Part shown: one piece after another, positions 1 through 9,568 of the stretch
How positions within the stretch are numbered: the stretch's first letter is position 1
How the letters are laid out: each line of letters opens with the position of its first letter
Origin: a virus
DNA length: 64,000 nt
Direction: 5' to 3' (one strand)
IMG/VR virus record: IMGVR_UViG_3300033182_000487
Span: 1-64,000 of that record
Position numbers and translations under genes: made by a program
Notes under the pieces: generated by a model
Databases searched by the model: none
What the model was told of the DNA's origin: nothing
The model's input: the letters and a program-made list of their open reading frames with translations, nothing else

Positions 1-15
1 GATCAACCGCTGCAT
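1..15 (-). CDS. 5' end of a gene running off the window (MQRLI...), probably a DNA methyltransferase
   Basis: ATG at 15 with GAGG RBS right after the stop of 25..1902; MQRLI matches the start of the methyltransferase fragment at 32335 (MTQRLILRHGDC). Confidence 0.4.
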
Positions 16-24
16 CCCGTCCTC

Positions 25-1902
25 CTACAAGCCGAACAGGTCATCAAGAGAAATCGTCTGCGGCTCGGCGTCCTGTGCCTCGGCGATCTCCGTGAGGTCG
101 GACTCGACCACGGCAGCGTTCCAGCCAGCATCGCGGGTGTTCCAGTACCGCACCCGGCCCTCGGCGATGGTCAGGTACTCCTTCTCCCGCTCGATGCCGA
201 TGAAGTCATGCCCTGTCTGGGCACAGGCGATGCCTGTAGTCCCGCTGCCCATGAAGGGGTCCACCACGGGGCCGACGTCCTTGGGCACATCGTGGAGCAG
301 GCGTGCCATGACGGCGTAGGGTTTGACTGTGTTGTGGCTCATGCCCACAGCCGTCTGAAAGGTCGGTGACCCCTCCACGGAGAGATTGACCACATCCCCC
401 TCATAGGGAACACGGGACACAGCCTTGACATAGGACAAGACGAAACGCACCCCGTCGTGGACGATCTCATAGGGTCGGGAAGCCTTGCGTGATCCCGCAG
501 CGACATTCCGCGTGTTGTCCGAGTAGAGCCGAATCTGGTAGGTCTGCCGAACAGACTTGAACAAGCGATCCCCGATGCCTTTCCCCTCTACGGGCGCGTA
601 GGTGAACAGGTTGGCCTTGTACCCCACGGACGCGGCAAGCAACCGCATCTGTGATGCGAGGTCGGGCGATACGGTCTTGACCTGCAAGTAGGTACGCACC
701 TTGCCACCATCCCCAGCCATGTAGCCATCAAGGATGGCTGCACGGATGTTCTTTGGAAGGGTCCAAACAGAGGGGTGGAGGCACTTCGTCGCCGCTCCGC
801 AGCCCGCCAGTTCAACGAACCGCGACCCCGCCACCTTGTCGAAGGACATGACCTGCACGGCTTTGGTGCCCTTCTTCGGGTACACGCTTGTAGTCACCGA
901 CGAGAACACCGACTTGATCCGCCCAATCAGGTCGGTTTCCCTCTCGTGGAGGGTGAAGGACGGATACACCGCACCCCCATGCCCCGAACGCTGGGCGACT
1001 CCCTCAGCCACCCACAGGCCAAACACGAACCACCATTCGGGATCAAGGTGTTCGCTCGGAGGGGGTTCCGCCAGATCCGGGGTCATTGTGTAGTCCCCCT
1101 TCTGCATCTGATCAGCGCGGAGCCACAGGACTTGACCGCCCGTAATGGCGTTCCTCTTGCGGGTGGGGCGGTACACCAAGAAGGGGTGGTTGTCGGAAGC
1201 CAGCGTCGTGTAGTTGGTCCCCATGACCTTGATCTCAAAGAGATCGGGACTGGTGTAGGAGTGCCGAGAGACGTGCTCGACGGCATGGAACCTTCCGTCC
1301 GCTGAGTACACTTCGTCCCCCACGACGATCTCGGAGATCGGGCGGTAGCCGTGGGGCGTCATCACCAGTGCATCCGGGTGGAGACAGGGATGCACATTGC
1401 GGCGCTTCTGGACCCGGTTCAAGCCGATGTCCTGCCCGCCGGGTGCCTCGACCTCCTCGCCGTCCTCGGTCGATGCGATGGCCCCCTGTGCGCCCCCGGA
1501 CATGCCGAAGACCTTGAGGGGCAGGTGATCCAGCCCGGCCTCGCGCTCGGAGCGGGATGCCTTCGCGACGTAGTGCATCTGGTCCATCATGCTGTCGGCG
1601 ACCATGATGCAGTCGCGAACCTCAAAGCCCGTGTCCTCGGCGAAGCAGGCCCCGGTGTGTCCCGTAGGCTCGGCGACGTCGTTGGCGAGCATCAGGTGTC
1701 CGCCCGGCTTCAAGGCCCGATGGGCCTCGGTGATCTCGTCGAGGGCATCGAGAGAACTCTCCAGGACGATGCCGTGGACGCTCTCGTCCTCGTGTTGGGA
1801 CCAGTCGTAGCCCTTCGTGGCGTAGACGAACACACCCTCGACCCCCTGGGGGTCACCGGGCGTGATCATGCCACGCAGGTAGTCAATCAGTTCACTGTTC
1901 AT
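25..1902 (-). CDS. N4/N6 DNA methyltransferase-like protein with intein; catalytic DPPY motif not present
   Basis: RALKPGGH, FEVRD, YVAKAS, HP|TVKP, DPFMGSGTTGIA (SAM-binding motif I), FIGIERE. Confidence 0.85.
   Translation of the reverse strand: MNSELIDYLRGMITPGDPQGVEGVFVYATKGYDWSQHEDESVHGIVLESSLDALDEITEAHRALKPGGHLMLANDVAEPTGHTGACFAEDTGFEVRDCIMVADSMMDQMHYVAKASRSEREAGLDHLPLKVFGMSGGAQGAIASTEDGEEVEAPGGQDIGLNRVQKRRNVHPCLHPDALVMTPHGYRPISEIVVGDEVYSADGRFHAVEHVSRHSYTSPDLFEIKVMGTNYTTLASDNHPFLVYRPTRKRNAITGGQVLWLRADQMQKGDYTMTPDLAEPPPSEHLDPEWWFVFGLWVAEGVAQRSGHGGAVYPSFTLHERETDLIGRIKSVFSSVTTSVYPKKGTKAVQVMSFDKVAGSRFVELAGCGAATKCLHPSVWTLPKNIRAAILDGYMAGDGGKVRTYLQVKTVSPDLASQMRLLAASVGYKANLFTYAPVEGKGIGDRLFKSVRQTYQIRLYSDNTRNVAAGSRKASRPYEIVHDGVRFVLSYVKAVSRVPYEGDVVNLSVEGSPTFQTAVGMSHNTVKPYAVMARLLHDVPKDVGPVVDPFMGSGTTGIACAQTGHDFIGIEREKEYLTIAEGRVRYWNTRDAGWNAAVVESDLTEIAEAQDAEPQTISLDDLFGL
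331..1386 (-). mobile_element. Intein (352 aa) with LAGLIDADG homing endonuclease in the methyltransferase
   Basis: Starts CLHPDALVMT, block B SDNHPF, LAGLIDADG-like FGLWVAEG and LDGYMAGDG, ends MSHN followed by Thr; interrupts the conserved HPTVKP motif. Confidence 0.92.
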
Positions 1903-2025
1903 CGCGGGTCGGTCCTCGGGTCAACGCATGGGCAAGCAGCACGACGGAGAGTGCCCACACGCAGGTCAATGTACCCATGGCACCCAGCACCTTACGGGTG
2001 CGGCGGCATCTGGGACGGCGGCGCT

Positions 2026-2286
2026 TCACGCTTCGCCTTCGGAGGAGGCCAGCGAGCGGGTCACCGACGGGGAAGCGTAGGGACAGGCGGGACAGCCGAG
2101 GTAGTGGCAGATGCCACGGCCTCCGCGCAGTTGGGGCATGGTGACCTCCAACGTGACCTCGCACAGATGGCTCCCACAGTGTGGGCAGTCAGCCCCCTTC
2201 GGCGCTGGCTTCCACTGTGGAACGGCTCCCTTGACGGGAGTAGGGTCGGGCAGCCCGTAGTCTCGACGGCTCGGTTTCTTCGGCAT
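2026..2286 (-). CDS. Small zinc-ribbon protein
   Basis: GGAGG RBS before ATG 2286; CPHC...CPAC; GGGGGT-N18-GGGTA motif upstream (2316-2344). Confidence 0.65.
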   Translation of the reverse strand: MPKKPSRRDYGLPDPTPVKGAVPQWKPAPKGADCPHCGSHLCEVTLEVTMPQLRGGRGICHYLGCPACPYASPSVTRSLASSEGEA

Positions 2287-2370
2287 GTGGCCTCCTCGTA
2301 TTCTCGTAGAGGGAGTACCCGTTGGTCTGTCTATGGCGACCCCCCATCGTAGACGACGAAGGAACACCAG

Positions 2371-3846
2371 ATGCCCCGCTACCCGGCACCACAGGTCCAG
2401 TACAGGAAAGACGAGCGAGCGCGAGCGAAGCACATCGCAGCGGCTCGGCGTGACTTCCGTGCGCTGTTGAAGGCGCTGGCCCCGGACGCGGCGAAGGTCA
2501 AGGCGCTCCACAAGAAGGACGTCAACAAGCAGAAGCGAGCCCTGGTCAAGAGCCTCAAGGGGCGCGGCGACGTGCAGGCGTTCCTCGACAAGTACATGGG
2601 CACCGACACCGCGAGTCCGGTGGCGTACTCGTGGCAGAACTCGGGTCGGTACTTGCTCCGGGACGCGGCGCTCGGGATCAAGAGCCTCCGGGATGTCCTA
2701 CCTGCACTGGACAAGGTGACGAGCAACGGCTTCCAAGCCCTCACGGTCGAGGAGTTTCAGGCACCGCTGCGGTCTGTGATCCCGGCCCTGCTGCGGGAGT
2801 ACCTGCCGAAGACGGTCGAGGTCAACGTGGACGAGAACGGGACCATCCAGCGGGTCACGGACAGGTTCAACAACGAGTACAAGACCCTGGCCGTCAAGAT
2901 CGCCCACCAGAAGGCGCTCTTGAAGAAATACAACCAGATCGCCAAGCAGGTGAAGCGGGACTTGAAGTCCTCGGACGAGATCACCCGGCTCTCGGCGCTG
3001 ATCACGTCGATCCTCATGGAGACCGGCATCCGACCCGGCAAGCGGGGCAACGGCGTGGTCAAGACCGTCGGCGACAAGGAGGAGTTCATCGAGACCTTCG
3101 GAGCCGTGACCCTGGGACCGGGCCACGTCAACTTCGTGCGGGACAACTTCGTCGAGTTGAGTTTCCTGGGCAAGATGACCGGCCAGAACACAGCCACGCT
3201 GTCCGACCGGGTGATCATCAAGGCGCTCCAGGACTATGTGAACAACGCGCTCAAGTCGGGGAGCAAGTACGTCTTCGTGACCGACGATGGCTACGAGTAC
3301 ACCTACAACGACCTGTACAAGTACTTCCAGAAGCACTTCAAGGGGATTGACCCCACGGACTGGCGCAAACTCAAAGCCTCCGAGACCGTGTTCGACGCCA
3401 TCCAAGCAGAGCAGGAAGCCCTGTACAGCAGGATTCTGGCCTTCGCAGACAGCGAGGGCGATGAACTCATGGACCGGGTCACGGAAGAAATCGCACGAAC
3501 CCTGGACCTGGCCATCGCCAAAGCCCAGCAAGCCCTGTCTCACGACAACGCCACGACGACGAAGAAGCAGTACATCAACCCAGAGGTGCTGCTCCGGTTC
3601 CTGAGCACAGCGACGATGGGCGGCAAGACGTTCCGCGATGCCATCCTCGCAGGGAAGCCGACGCTGGCGTTTGACCCGCAGCGGTTCATCGAGGTCGCGA
3701 GCGCAGCAGCGGTCGCAGGCAAGAAGGCGGGCCTCCCCCACGGGGCGCGACGGGTCGCCAGCATGACTCTGGAAGACATTCTGGATGTCCTCGCCGAGGA
3801 CATCGGCCTCCCCCGCGCAGCGGGTGGCCACAGTGAAGGGAGATAG
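2371..3846 (+). CDS. DNA topoisomerase IB (poxvirus/bacterial type)
   Basis: Catalytic pentad in the expected order: GIRPG (R), FLGK (K), DWRK (R), LSH (H), KQYINP (Y). Confidence 0.85.
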   Translation: MPRYPAPQVQYRKDERARAKHIAAARRDFRALLKALAPDAAKVKALHKKDVNKQKRALVKSLKGRGDVQAFLDKYMGTDTASPVAYSWQNSGRYLLRDAALGIKSLRDVLPALDKVTSNGFQALTVEEFQAPLRSVIPALLREYLPKTVEVNVDENGTIQRVTDRFNNEYKTLAVKIAHQKALLKKYNQIAKQVKRDLKSSDEITRLSALITSILMETGIRPGKRGNGVVKTVGDKEEFIETFGAVTLGPGHVNFVRDNFVELSFLGKMTGQNTATLSDRVIIKALQDYVNNALKSGSKYVFVTDDGYEYTYNDLYKYFQKHFKGIDPTDWRKLKASETVFDAIQAEQEALYSRILAFADSEGDELMDRVTEEIARTLDLAIAKAQQALSHDNATTTKKQYINPEVLLRFLSTATMGGKTFRDAILAGKPTLAFDPQRFIEVASAAAVAGKKAGLPHGARRVASMTLEDILDVLAEDIGLPRAAGGHSEGR

Positions 3847-3848
3847 CC

Positions 3849-4112
3849 ATGGAAGTAAACCCGAAAGACCCGAAGACGTACATCCCGGTGCTGGTCGTAC
3901 TGGCCGGAGCGTTGGGAGCAGGATCACTGCTGGGCTTCACCATCGAACCCGAGGAGACGACGGCCTTGCGGGTCGAGAACGCCATGCTCAAGGAACGGAC
4001 GGCGAACCTTGAGGAGGAGACGGAGAACCTGGAGCGGCGGGTAGCGTCCCTTGAACGGATCGTCGAAGGGTGCCGTGCTGTCGTTGATGCTTGCCGAACC
4101 ACGGGGGACTGA
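3849..4112 (+). CDS. Membrane-anchored coiled-coil protein
   Basis: N-terminal hydrophobic helix followed by heptad repeats. Confidence 0.65.
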   Translation: MEVNPKDPKTYIPVLVVLAGALGAGSLLGFTIEPEETTALRVENAMLKERTANLEEETENLERRVASLERIVEGCRAVVDACRTTGD

Positions 4113-4116
4113 GATC

Positions 4117-4515
4117 ATGACCCACCAACCAACCGACCGAGAGACCAGCGTACTGGTCACCGTGATGCTGATGGCCCTCGCGATGGCAGCAGTTGAGTCC
4201 TTCTCGACCCCCGCACGGGCAGGCGATCCGCCGACGCAAGAGGAAGCGATTGAGAACCTGGAGCAGTTGCTCGTGGAGTACGACGAGGGAACGCTCAACG
4301 CGCACCACGCGCACCAAGGACCGACGGCAAACGTGGAGGCTGATGCCATCGACCCCGCGAGCCTCGTGTCCCTGCGAGCGGAGATCTCAGCACTGAGAGC
4401 AGAGAATGCGGCGCTGCGAGAGCAGAACCAAGAACTTCGACTGCTGTGTCCCTCGCCTATCGCTGTGCCTGATCCTGTGCCTGCGCCTGCGACGATGGGC
4501 CCCTGGCTGCCCTAA
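4117..4515 (+). CDS. Hypothetical exported/membrane protein with coiled coil
   Basis: Signal-like segment VLVTVMLMALAMAA; coiled coil; Pro-rich tail. Confidence 0.6.
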   Translation: MTHQPTDRETSVLVTVMLMALAMAAVESFSTPARAGDPPTQEEAIENLEQLLVEYDEGTLNAHHAHQGPTANVEADAIDPASLVSLRAEISALRAENAALREQNQELRLLCPSPIAVPDPVPAPATMGPWLP

Positions 4516-5300
4516 AGACTGGAGAGGATCGCCCGCCGGGTCTCGTCGCCCTTCGGCAGCCGTGAAGCAAGGCGGATCAGCGCGGACCGGTCGGCACTGG
4601 CCCTGCGGTAGAGGCTCTTGAAGCCCTCGGAAGCGATCATCGTGACGGTGATCTCGATCCCCCGTCGGCTGACATCGACGTCGAGATCCTTGATCCCTGC
4701 CGGGGATCCGATGCTCTGGTGGCTGAGTTCTGCGTCTTCGGGAACGCGGTCGAGGTCCACGTTCTCGTCGTAGACGGCCTCGATCTTCTCGTCGATCAAC
4801 TGCTGGATCTTGCTGTCAATCAGTTGGTTGAGGCGGGATGCCACGAAGGCTTCCACGATGCGGTCGTGGAACGTCAAGGCATCGTCCATCGGCTCGGCAC
4901 CGTACTCCTTGATGTCGTACCGGAGATCCGAGTCCTGTGCGCTGACATCCGCTTGCACTTGCTCCAGGATGAACTTCATGGGGAGTTTGAACTCCAACAC
5001 CACGAAGATCGCAGTAGGCCGCTCAAACTCTCCGGTGTACTCCCCACCCTCGGCTGACCACTTGCCATAGCCCCGTTCATCGACGTCGATGTAGCCAGTA
5101 GAAGCAGCCTTCGCGATGGCTGCGGGCAGTTGCTTCTTGAGCCCGCTCGTGATGGCGTAGCCGAACCCCGACGTGATGTTCTTCGCAGTCTCCTTCAAGC
5201 CGTAGGTGGCGAAGTGCTCGGCTTCGTTCCGCCCGTCCCCGAGGTCGAGGATGCTCTCCAGGAAGGTGGTCATGACAGGGATAAGGGCGCGTGAGTGCAT
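4512..5300 (-). CDS. Acidic late protein with C-terminal tag A
   Basis: GGAG RBS before ATG 5300; CGGTA-N6-CTAT upstream; ends RRASADRSALIRLASRLPKGDETRRAILSSL. Confidence 0.75.
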   Translation of the reverse strand: MHSRALIPVMTTFLESILDLGDGRNEAEHFATYGLKETAKNITSGFGYAITSGLKKQLPAAIAKAASTGYIDVDERGYGKWSAEGGEYTGEFERPTAIFVVLEFKLPMKFILEQVQADVSAQDSDLRYDIKEYGAEPMDDALTFHDRIVEAFVASRLNQLIDSKIQQLIDEKIEAVYDENVDLDRVPEDAELSHQSIGSPAGIKDLDVDVSRRGIEITVTMIASEGFKSLYRRASADRSALIRLASRLPKGDETRRAILSSL

Positions 5301-5334
5301 GGTGGCTCCAAAGGCTCGTACCTGGACCGGCAGT

Positions 5335-5349
5335 ATAGAGAGCCTACCG
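5335..5349 (-). promoter_or_regulatory. Class L (putative late) promoter motif CGGTA-N6-CTAT
   Basis: CGGTAggctctCTAT; the same motif recurs upstream of many other genes. Confidence 0.65.
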
Positions 5350-5350
5350 T

Positions 5351-5701
5351 TCAAGCCTCTCCACGGGACTGGTTGGCTGCCATGGAGGCGATGACGTCGT
5401 CGAGTTGCTCGGTGATCTTCCCCAACTCGGTGCGGAGGGTCAGGGCCTCCAGCAGGCTGTACGAGGACACTTCCCCGAAGACCTTCCGAGGGAGCACGGC
5501 GAGGATGGCCCCTGTGCTCTCCGCGAGAGCGTCTGCCATCTCGTAGACCTCAGCAACGTCTGCTTCTGACACGCCTTCCTCGGTCCACAGGACAACGAGG
5601 TCGTAGGGCGTAGCACGGACCACGGTGACGGCTTCTCGGAGGCGCTCGACGGTCTCACGGTCAGCGGTGGGGTCTTTCGTAGGGGGAGGCTTCCGGGACA
5701 T
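5351..5701 (-). CDS. Hypothetical protein
   Basis: ORF with phage-like codon usage. Confidence 0.65.
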   Translation of the reverse strand: MSRKPPPTKDPTADRETVERLREAVTVVRATPYDLVVLWTEEGVSEADVAEVYEMADALAESTGAILAVLPRKVFGEVSSYSLLEALTLRTELGKITEQLDDVIASMAANQSRGEA

Positions 5702-5839
5702 GGCAGGGGACTGTACCCCCTATCACCGCCCCACGGTGCGTCGTCGGGGTCGAGGTGTGGTCACGAAGGGGGATGCGCCCCCGGTTGTGGCACCGTTGTC
5801 CGGGCACGGTCACGGGGGACATGGACGTAGATCCGAGTC

Positions 5840-6290
5840 GTGATCCTGCGTGAGAGGCTGGAATCAAGGGATCACGCTAAACCCACATAGAAATCCGAAA
5901 CCGAAATGGGTTCGTAGTGATCCTCGCCGGGCTGGCTCTCGTGATCCTCAAACCTGGCCACAGTGAAATCGGCTGTGATCCTGATCCGTGATCCTCGGAC
6001 CCGAAGGCTCGGACGTTGTCGTAAATGGGGAGAGCGGCTCATGGTCCGAGACGTAGGCGAGAACCCCCACCGACCAACCAGCATGTAGTCACACGGGGTC
6101 ACCGTGATCCCACAACAACCGCGCAGGGAGGAGGCGAGGAGGAGGCGAGGAGGAGGCGGGAGGCACTGAGTGAGAAATCGCTGAACGACGAAAAGGCGGA
6201 CGCTGACCCCCAAACCTGCCGCGCATGGCGGTACTTTGCCAAGGCCGGTGGTTACGAGGGGATCAGCGTCCGCCAGTGAGAGGATCACGC
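5840..6290. repeat. Non-coding island with clustered GGATCAC/GTGATCC heptamers and a GGA-rich tract
   Basis: GTGATCC at about 5840, 5917, 5941, 5975, 5988, 6104; GGATCAC at about 5869, 6282; GAGGAGGAGGC-type repeats 6126-6162. Confidence 0.6.
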
Positions 6291-6397
6291 CCACACACGG
6301 ACTGGCAGGCCCGTGTGTGGGTGAGGCTTCGCCTCGGCGTCCCGGTCTGCCAACCAGTCCTCCGAGGCACGCGCACCGTAGACCCATCCCCGCCATC

Positions 6398-6870
6398 AGC
6401 GGGTGGGGGAGTTGAACCCCCACGATGCGTGCTCTCTGTCGCTCAACCACGGGGTCGGTGACCCACGTTTCATGCCCAGGAGGGGTTGCGCCTCCGCAGC
6501 GGGTTACCACACCCGCCGATCCTGCTCTGCCGCCGGAGCGGCCTGGGCCGTGTATTCAGCAGGCACCTGTCTGGTGCCCGTGGTCGAAAAGGTAGAGACC
6601 CCCTGGACCGACGCTTTGCGGGCCAGGGGGGAAGGGTGAACGAAGGTGATGTGGGACGTGAGAGGTCAAGCGCCACCCGGCCCCCGTCGTGGGGACCGGA
6701 TGACGCGACCCTTCATCACTCCCATGTGATGCGTTGGTAGCCCGTAGGTGGGCCAGCCCCTCACCGGTTGAGGAGGGTGAGCAATCCTCGTCGTCAATCC
6801 CAGCGCGACTTCCGCTGCCCCCGTAGGTGGGTTGGAACCTCGCAGTAACGCCGCTGGTCGCGCCAGTTTC
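6398..6870 (-). ncRNA. Candidate structured RNA with tRNA-like 3' domain
   Basis: Many hairpins, including a 16-bp stem whose mismatches are G-U on the minus strand; T-arm-like GGGGG-TTCAACT-CCCCC then ACCCGCT, which can pair with GGCGGGT at 6517-6511. Confidence 0.4.
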
Positions 6871-6886
6871 ACGTCTTGTGGGGACG

Positions 6887-6908
6887 CCCTCCCCCCGAAG
6901 GGGGAGGG
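6887..6908 (-). terminator. GC-rich hairpin after 6921..7715
   Basis: CCCTCCCC-loop-GGGGAGGG. Confidence 0.45.
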
Positions 6909-6920
6909 AAGGGGTTGAGC

Positions 6921-7715
6921 CTACGCAGCCACGGTGTCGAGGATGCTGGCGACCACCGTGGGGTCCACGGTGATGCCCGCGTCGTCGCTCGCGGTCACAG
7001 CGTCCGCGCCCAGGTTGAGCACGAAGTCCGTGCCCGGCTCCAGGGCGTAGGAGACGTAGCGGCGGCTGGGGAGGAGGCGGGTGATGACCCGCTTCGCCAC
7101 GGCCTTGGCACCAGACTTGCTCTGGGGGCGCGGGTACTGCGCGGCCTCGATGACCTTGCGGCCCACGCGGAGGCCCTGGACGTAGATGGTGCCAGGAGCC
7201 GAGGCGGGCTTGATGCTGGGGTCAGCAGGGCCGACGTAGACGCGGTAGCCCTTGAGGGCCTTGCCGTCCACGACCAGGGGCTCGTAGACGTGATCCGTGG
7301 TGCTGGAGTTGGTGCCAGCGATGCTCTTGGCCGTGCTGGCGATCATGTCGGCCAGCGCGGCGTCGAAGTCGGCGCGGGTCACAGCGACCTGCGTGGCCTT
7401 CGCGCCACGGCCCGACCAGGCCATGTGGCCCTCGGCGACCATGGCGTCGAGATCGGCACCCGTGAGGGCGTCGAGGATCACGGCATCGCGCTGCTTGAGC
7501 GCGGTGTAGGACCGGCCAGCGACGAAGGTGTCGCGGACGGTGTCGTTGCCCATCTGCACCTTGAGGCCGCCCCGCTTTTCGCCGGGGGCGAGGCGGGTGA
7601 CGCCCTTGAGGGTGGTGACGACGGACATGATGGACGCGCACTGCGCGGAGCGCGAGCCAGCGATGGCCTGCGCGAGGGTGGTGGACTCGGTGGAAGCGTT
7701 GGTCTTGATGGTCAT
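6921..7715 (-). CDS. Hypothetical early protein
   Basis: Strong codon bias; GGAG RBS; two class E motifs upstream. Confidence 0.8.
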   Translation of the reverse strand: MTIKTNASTESTTLAQAIAGSRSAQCASIMSVVTTLKGVTRLAPGEKRGGLKVQMGNDTVRDTFVAGRSYTALKQRDAVILDALTGADLDAMVAEGHMAWSGRGAKATQVAVTRADFDAALADMIASTAKSIAGTNSSTTDHVYEPLVVDGKALKGYRVYVGPADPSIKPASAPGTIYVQGLRVGRKVIEAAQYPRPQSKSGAKAVAKRVITRLLPSRRYVSYALEPGTDFVLNLGADAVTASDDAGITVDPTVVASILDTVAA

Positions 7716-7792
7716 GCGAATCTCCGTTGGCCCCTTGCTGGGGCACTGGGTTGATGGAGTGTGGGAGTGAGCGGGTCAGGAGCGACCCTCTC

Positions 7793-7826
7793 GTAGTAGG
7801 TACGGGAGCCGGGCATGGCTCCAACC
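7793..7826 (-). promoter_or_regulatory. Class E (putative early) promoter motif, copy 1
   Basis: GGTTGGAGC-catgcccggct-CCCGTACCTACTAC. Confidence 0.7.
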
Positions 7827-7903
7827 AGCAGGGCCGAAAAAAACCGAATCAGTTTGGTTTGGTTGGCTGCGCTGGTGAGCGGGGCAGCATCGCCCCCTCT
7901 CAC

Positions 7904-7935
7904 AGTAGGTACGGGAGCCGGATGCTGCTCCAACC
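7904..7935 (-). promoter_or_regulatory. Class E promoter motif, copy 2
   Basis: GGTTGGAGC-agcatccggct-CCCGTACCTACT. Confidence 0.7.
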
Positions 7936-8146
7936 AGGGAATCCGAAAAAAGTTTCAGATTCCCTGGGGATGCGCTGCTGGTGCGCGTTCACGCGCTACC
8001 GAAGCAGCCGGGATGGGCAGATCACGACGTCAGGACAGGGGTGGTGGGGTCGAAAGTAGACGCGGTGGAACCTCCGTTGGCCCAGAGAAATCGGGGCACA
8101 GGATGAAGCCCCCCGGCGCGTAGCCGGGGGGCGGGGTGGGGTGGGA

Positions 8147-8638
8147 TCACGGGAGTCCGGTCGGACTCCAGCAGGTGTCAGGCTTGAAGCCCACGCGAGG
8201 CGTAGGCTCGTCCAGAGTGAGGTACTGGAGCACCTCCGCAGCGTTGTCGCGCTGCTCCAGGAGGTCGGCGATGTCCGGGCGGCTTCGGACCGTCGTGACG
8301 GTCGTGAAGTACACGTCGAAGTCGGCACCGAGGGCCTCGCGGGCCTTCGTCCAGTCCGTGTCCTTGCGGGCCTCGTAGCGTTGCTCGGGGAACGTGACGG
8401 ACACACGCCCGCCAGGGACGGTGTAGCCGACGTGGTGCCCCTCGCCGCGCTCGGTGCGGGCAAGGTCACGGATCATCGCCTTGAGCGGCTCCAGAGCCGC
8501 CTGAGCCTCCTTGATGTGGCGAGCCAGATCAACGGCGACTTCGGACAGCGACTCGGCGCTGCCCCCGACGTGTCGGAGCCGGGTGGCGTCTGTGAGCAAC
8601 TGCTGGAACGGGGTCAGGTCAGTGTGGGTGATGGTCAT
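8147..8638 (-). CDS. Hypothetical early protein
   Basis: GGAG RBS before ATG 8638; hairpin at about 8108-8132 downstream. Confidence 0.75.
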   Translation of the reverse strand: MTITHTDLTPFQQLLTDATRLRHVGGSAESLSEVAVDLARHIKEAQAALEPLKAMIRDLARTERGEGHHVGYTVPGGRVSVTFPEQRYEARKDTDWTKAREALGADFDVYFTTVTTVRSRPDIADLLEQRDNAAEVLQYLTLDEPTPRVGFKPDTCWSPTGLP

Positions 8639-8728
8639 GGTTGTCTCCAATGGCGGCAGGGCCGCACAGGTAACCATGGAGGGCGCGGCAACCCGCTGCC
8701 CCCCACGGTGGGTGGGGGGGTCAGGGGT

Positions 8729-9568
8729 TTAGAGGGCCTCGTAGCACTCGACGTGGAACACGCCGCCGCCATCCTCGGCCTCACGGAAGGCCGCGAGGGT
8801 GCCGCCTTCGATGGTCTTGCCGCAGGACGCACAGGGGCAGGCGAAGGGCACAGCGACGGTCTTGACGCCAGCCTTGGCCTGCTGGGTGGGCACGGGCACC
8901 TCGTCCACGACGGGAGCGGGAGCCGCAGCCGCAGCCAGATCGGCCTCGGTCTTCGCGTCGAGCGCCGCAGCGACCTCGGCGAAGTCGGCCATGCCAGCCT
9001 GCTGGCACAAGCCAGCGAGCGGACAGCCGTTGCACTGGTCGGAGCGGGACGACCACGCGCCGAAGCACCGGGTCTGCTCCGCAGCCATGCGCCGCAGACC
9101 AGCGTCCGCAGCCTCGTAGGCGGCGCTGTTCACAGCCCCGGTCTGGGGAGTGAAGGACACGCCGTCCTTCGTGACCACGTTGAGGGTCACAGGAGCGGCC
9201 ACAGGAGCCTTCACAGGCTCGGAGCGGGTCTGGACAGGCATCGGGGCCTCCACGGGCGCAGGAGCCGCCACAGGGGCGTCCACGGCCCCGGAGAGGGCGT
9301 AGTAGCCACGGCGCGGGCAGCGGATGCTGCCCTCGGCCTTCAACTTGCCAGCGGCAAGCGTCACGGCCCGCTGGCCACGCGGGTAGGGCTTGCCACGCTT
9401 GGTCATGGTGCCCCAGGTGTCCCAGCCAGGGAAGCCGGGCTGGGCCTCGCACCATGCGAGGACCGAAGCGAAGCGCACCTCGCGCCCGAGGGGGCCGAGG
9501 TTAGAGAGAGCAGCGATGACGACTGGCTTCCAGGCGTCGGCGTTGTGGGTAGAGGGGAAAGCGAACAT
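8729..9568 (-). CDS. Early protein: winged-helix-like N-terminus, Ala/Pro linker, Cys-rich Zn-binding modules
   Basis: RCPRRGYYAL wing-like end; CFG..CNGCPLAGLC; CASC...FHVEC. Confidence 0.75.
   Translation of the reverse strand: MFAFPSTHNADAWKPVVIAALSNLGPLGREVRFASVLAWCEAQPGFPGWDTWGTMTKRGKPYPRGQRAVTLAAGKLKAEGSIRCPRRGYYALSGAVDAPVAAPAPVEAPMPVQTRSEPVKAPVAAPVTLNVVTKDGVSFTPQTGAVNSAAYEAADAGLRRMAAEQTRCFGAWSSRSDQCNGCPLAGLCQQAGMADFAEVAAALDAKTEADLAAAAAPAPVVDEVPVPTQQAKAGVKTVAVPFACPCASCGKTIEGGTLAAFREAEDGGGVFHVECYEAL

Noticed and set aside
2371-3846. Tyrosine integrase or protelomerase
   Set aside because: Motif spacing (GIRPG, FLGK, DWRK, LSH-x9-Y) fits topoisomerase IB; there is no HxxR box.
3849-4515. 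Spanin pair
   Set aside because: The second protein has no lipobox cysteine, and no endolysin is adjacent.
6398-6517. Canonical tRNA or tmRNA gene
   Set aside because: T-arm and acceptor-like pairing are present, but there is no proper D or anticodon arm, CCA end or tmRNA 5' end; kept only as an ncRNA candidate.
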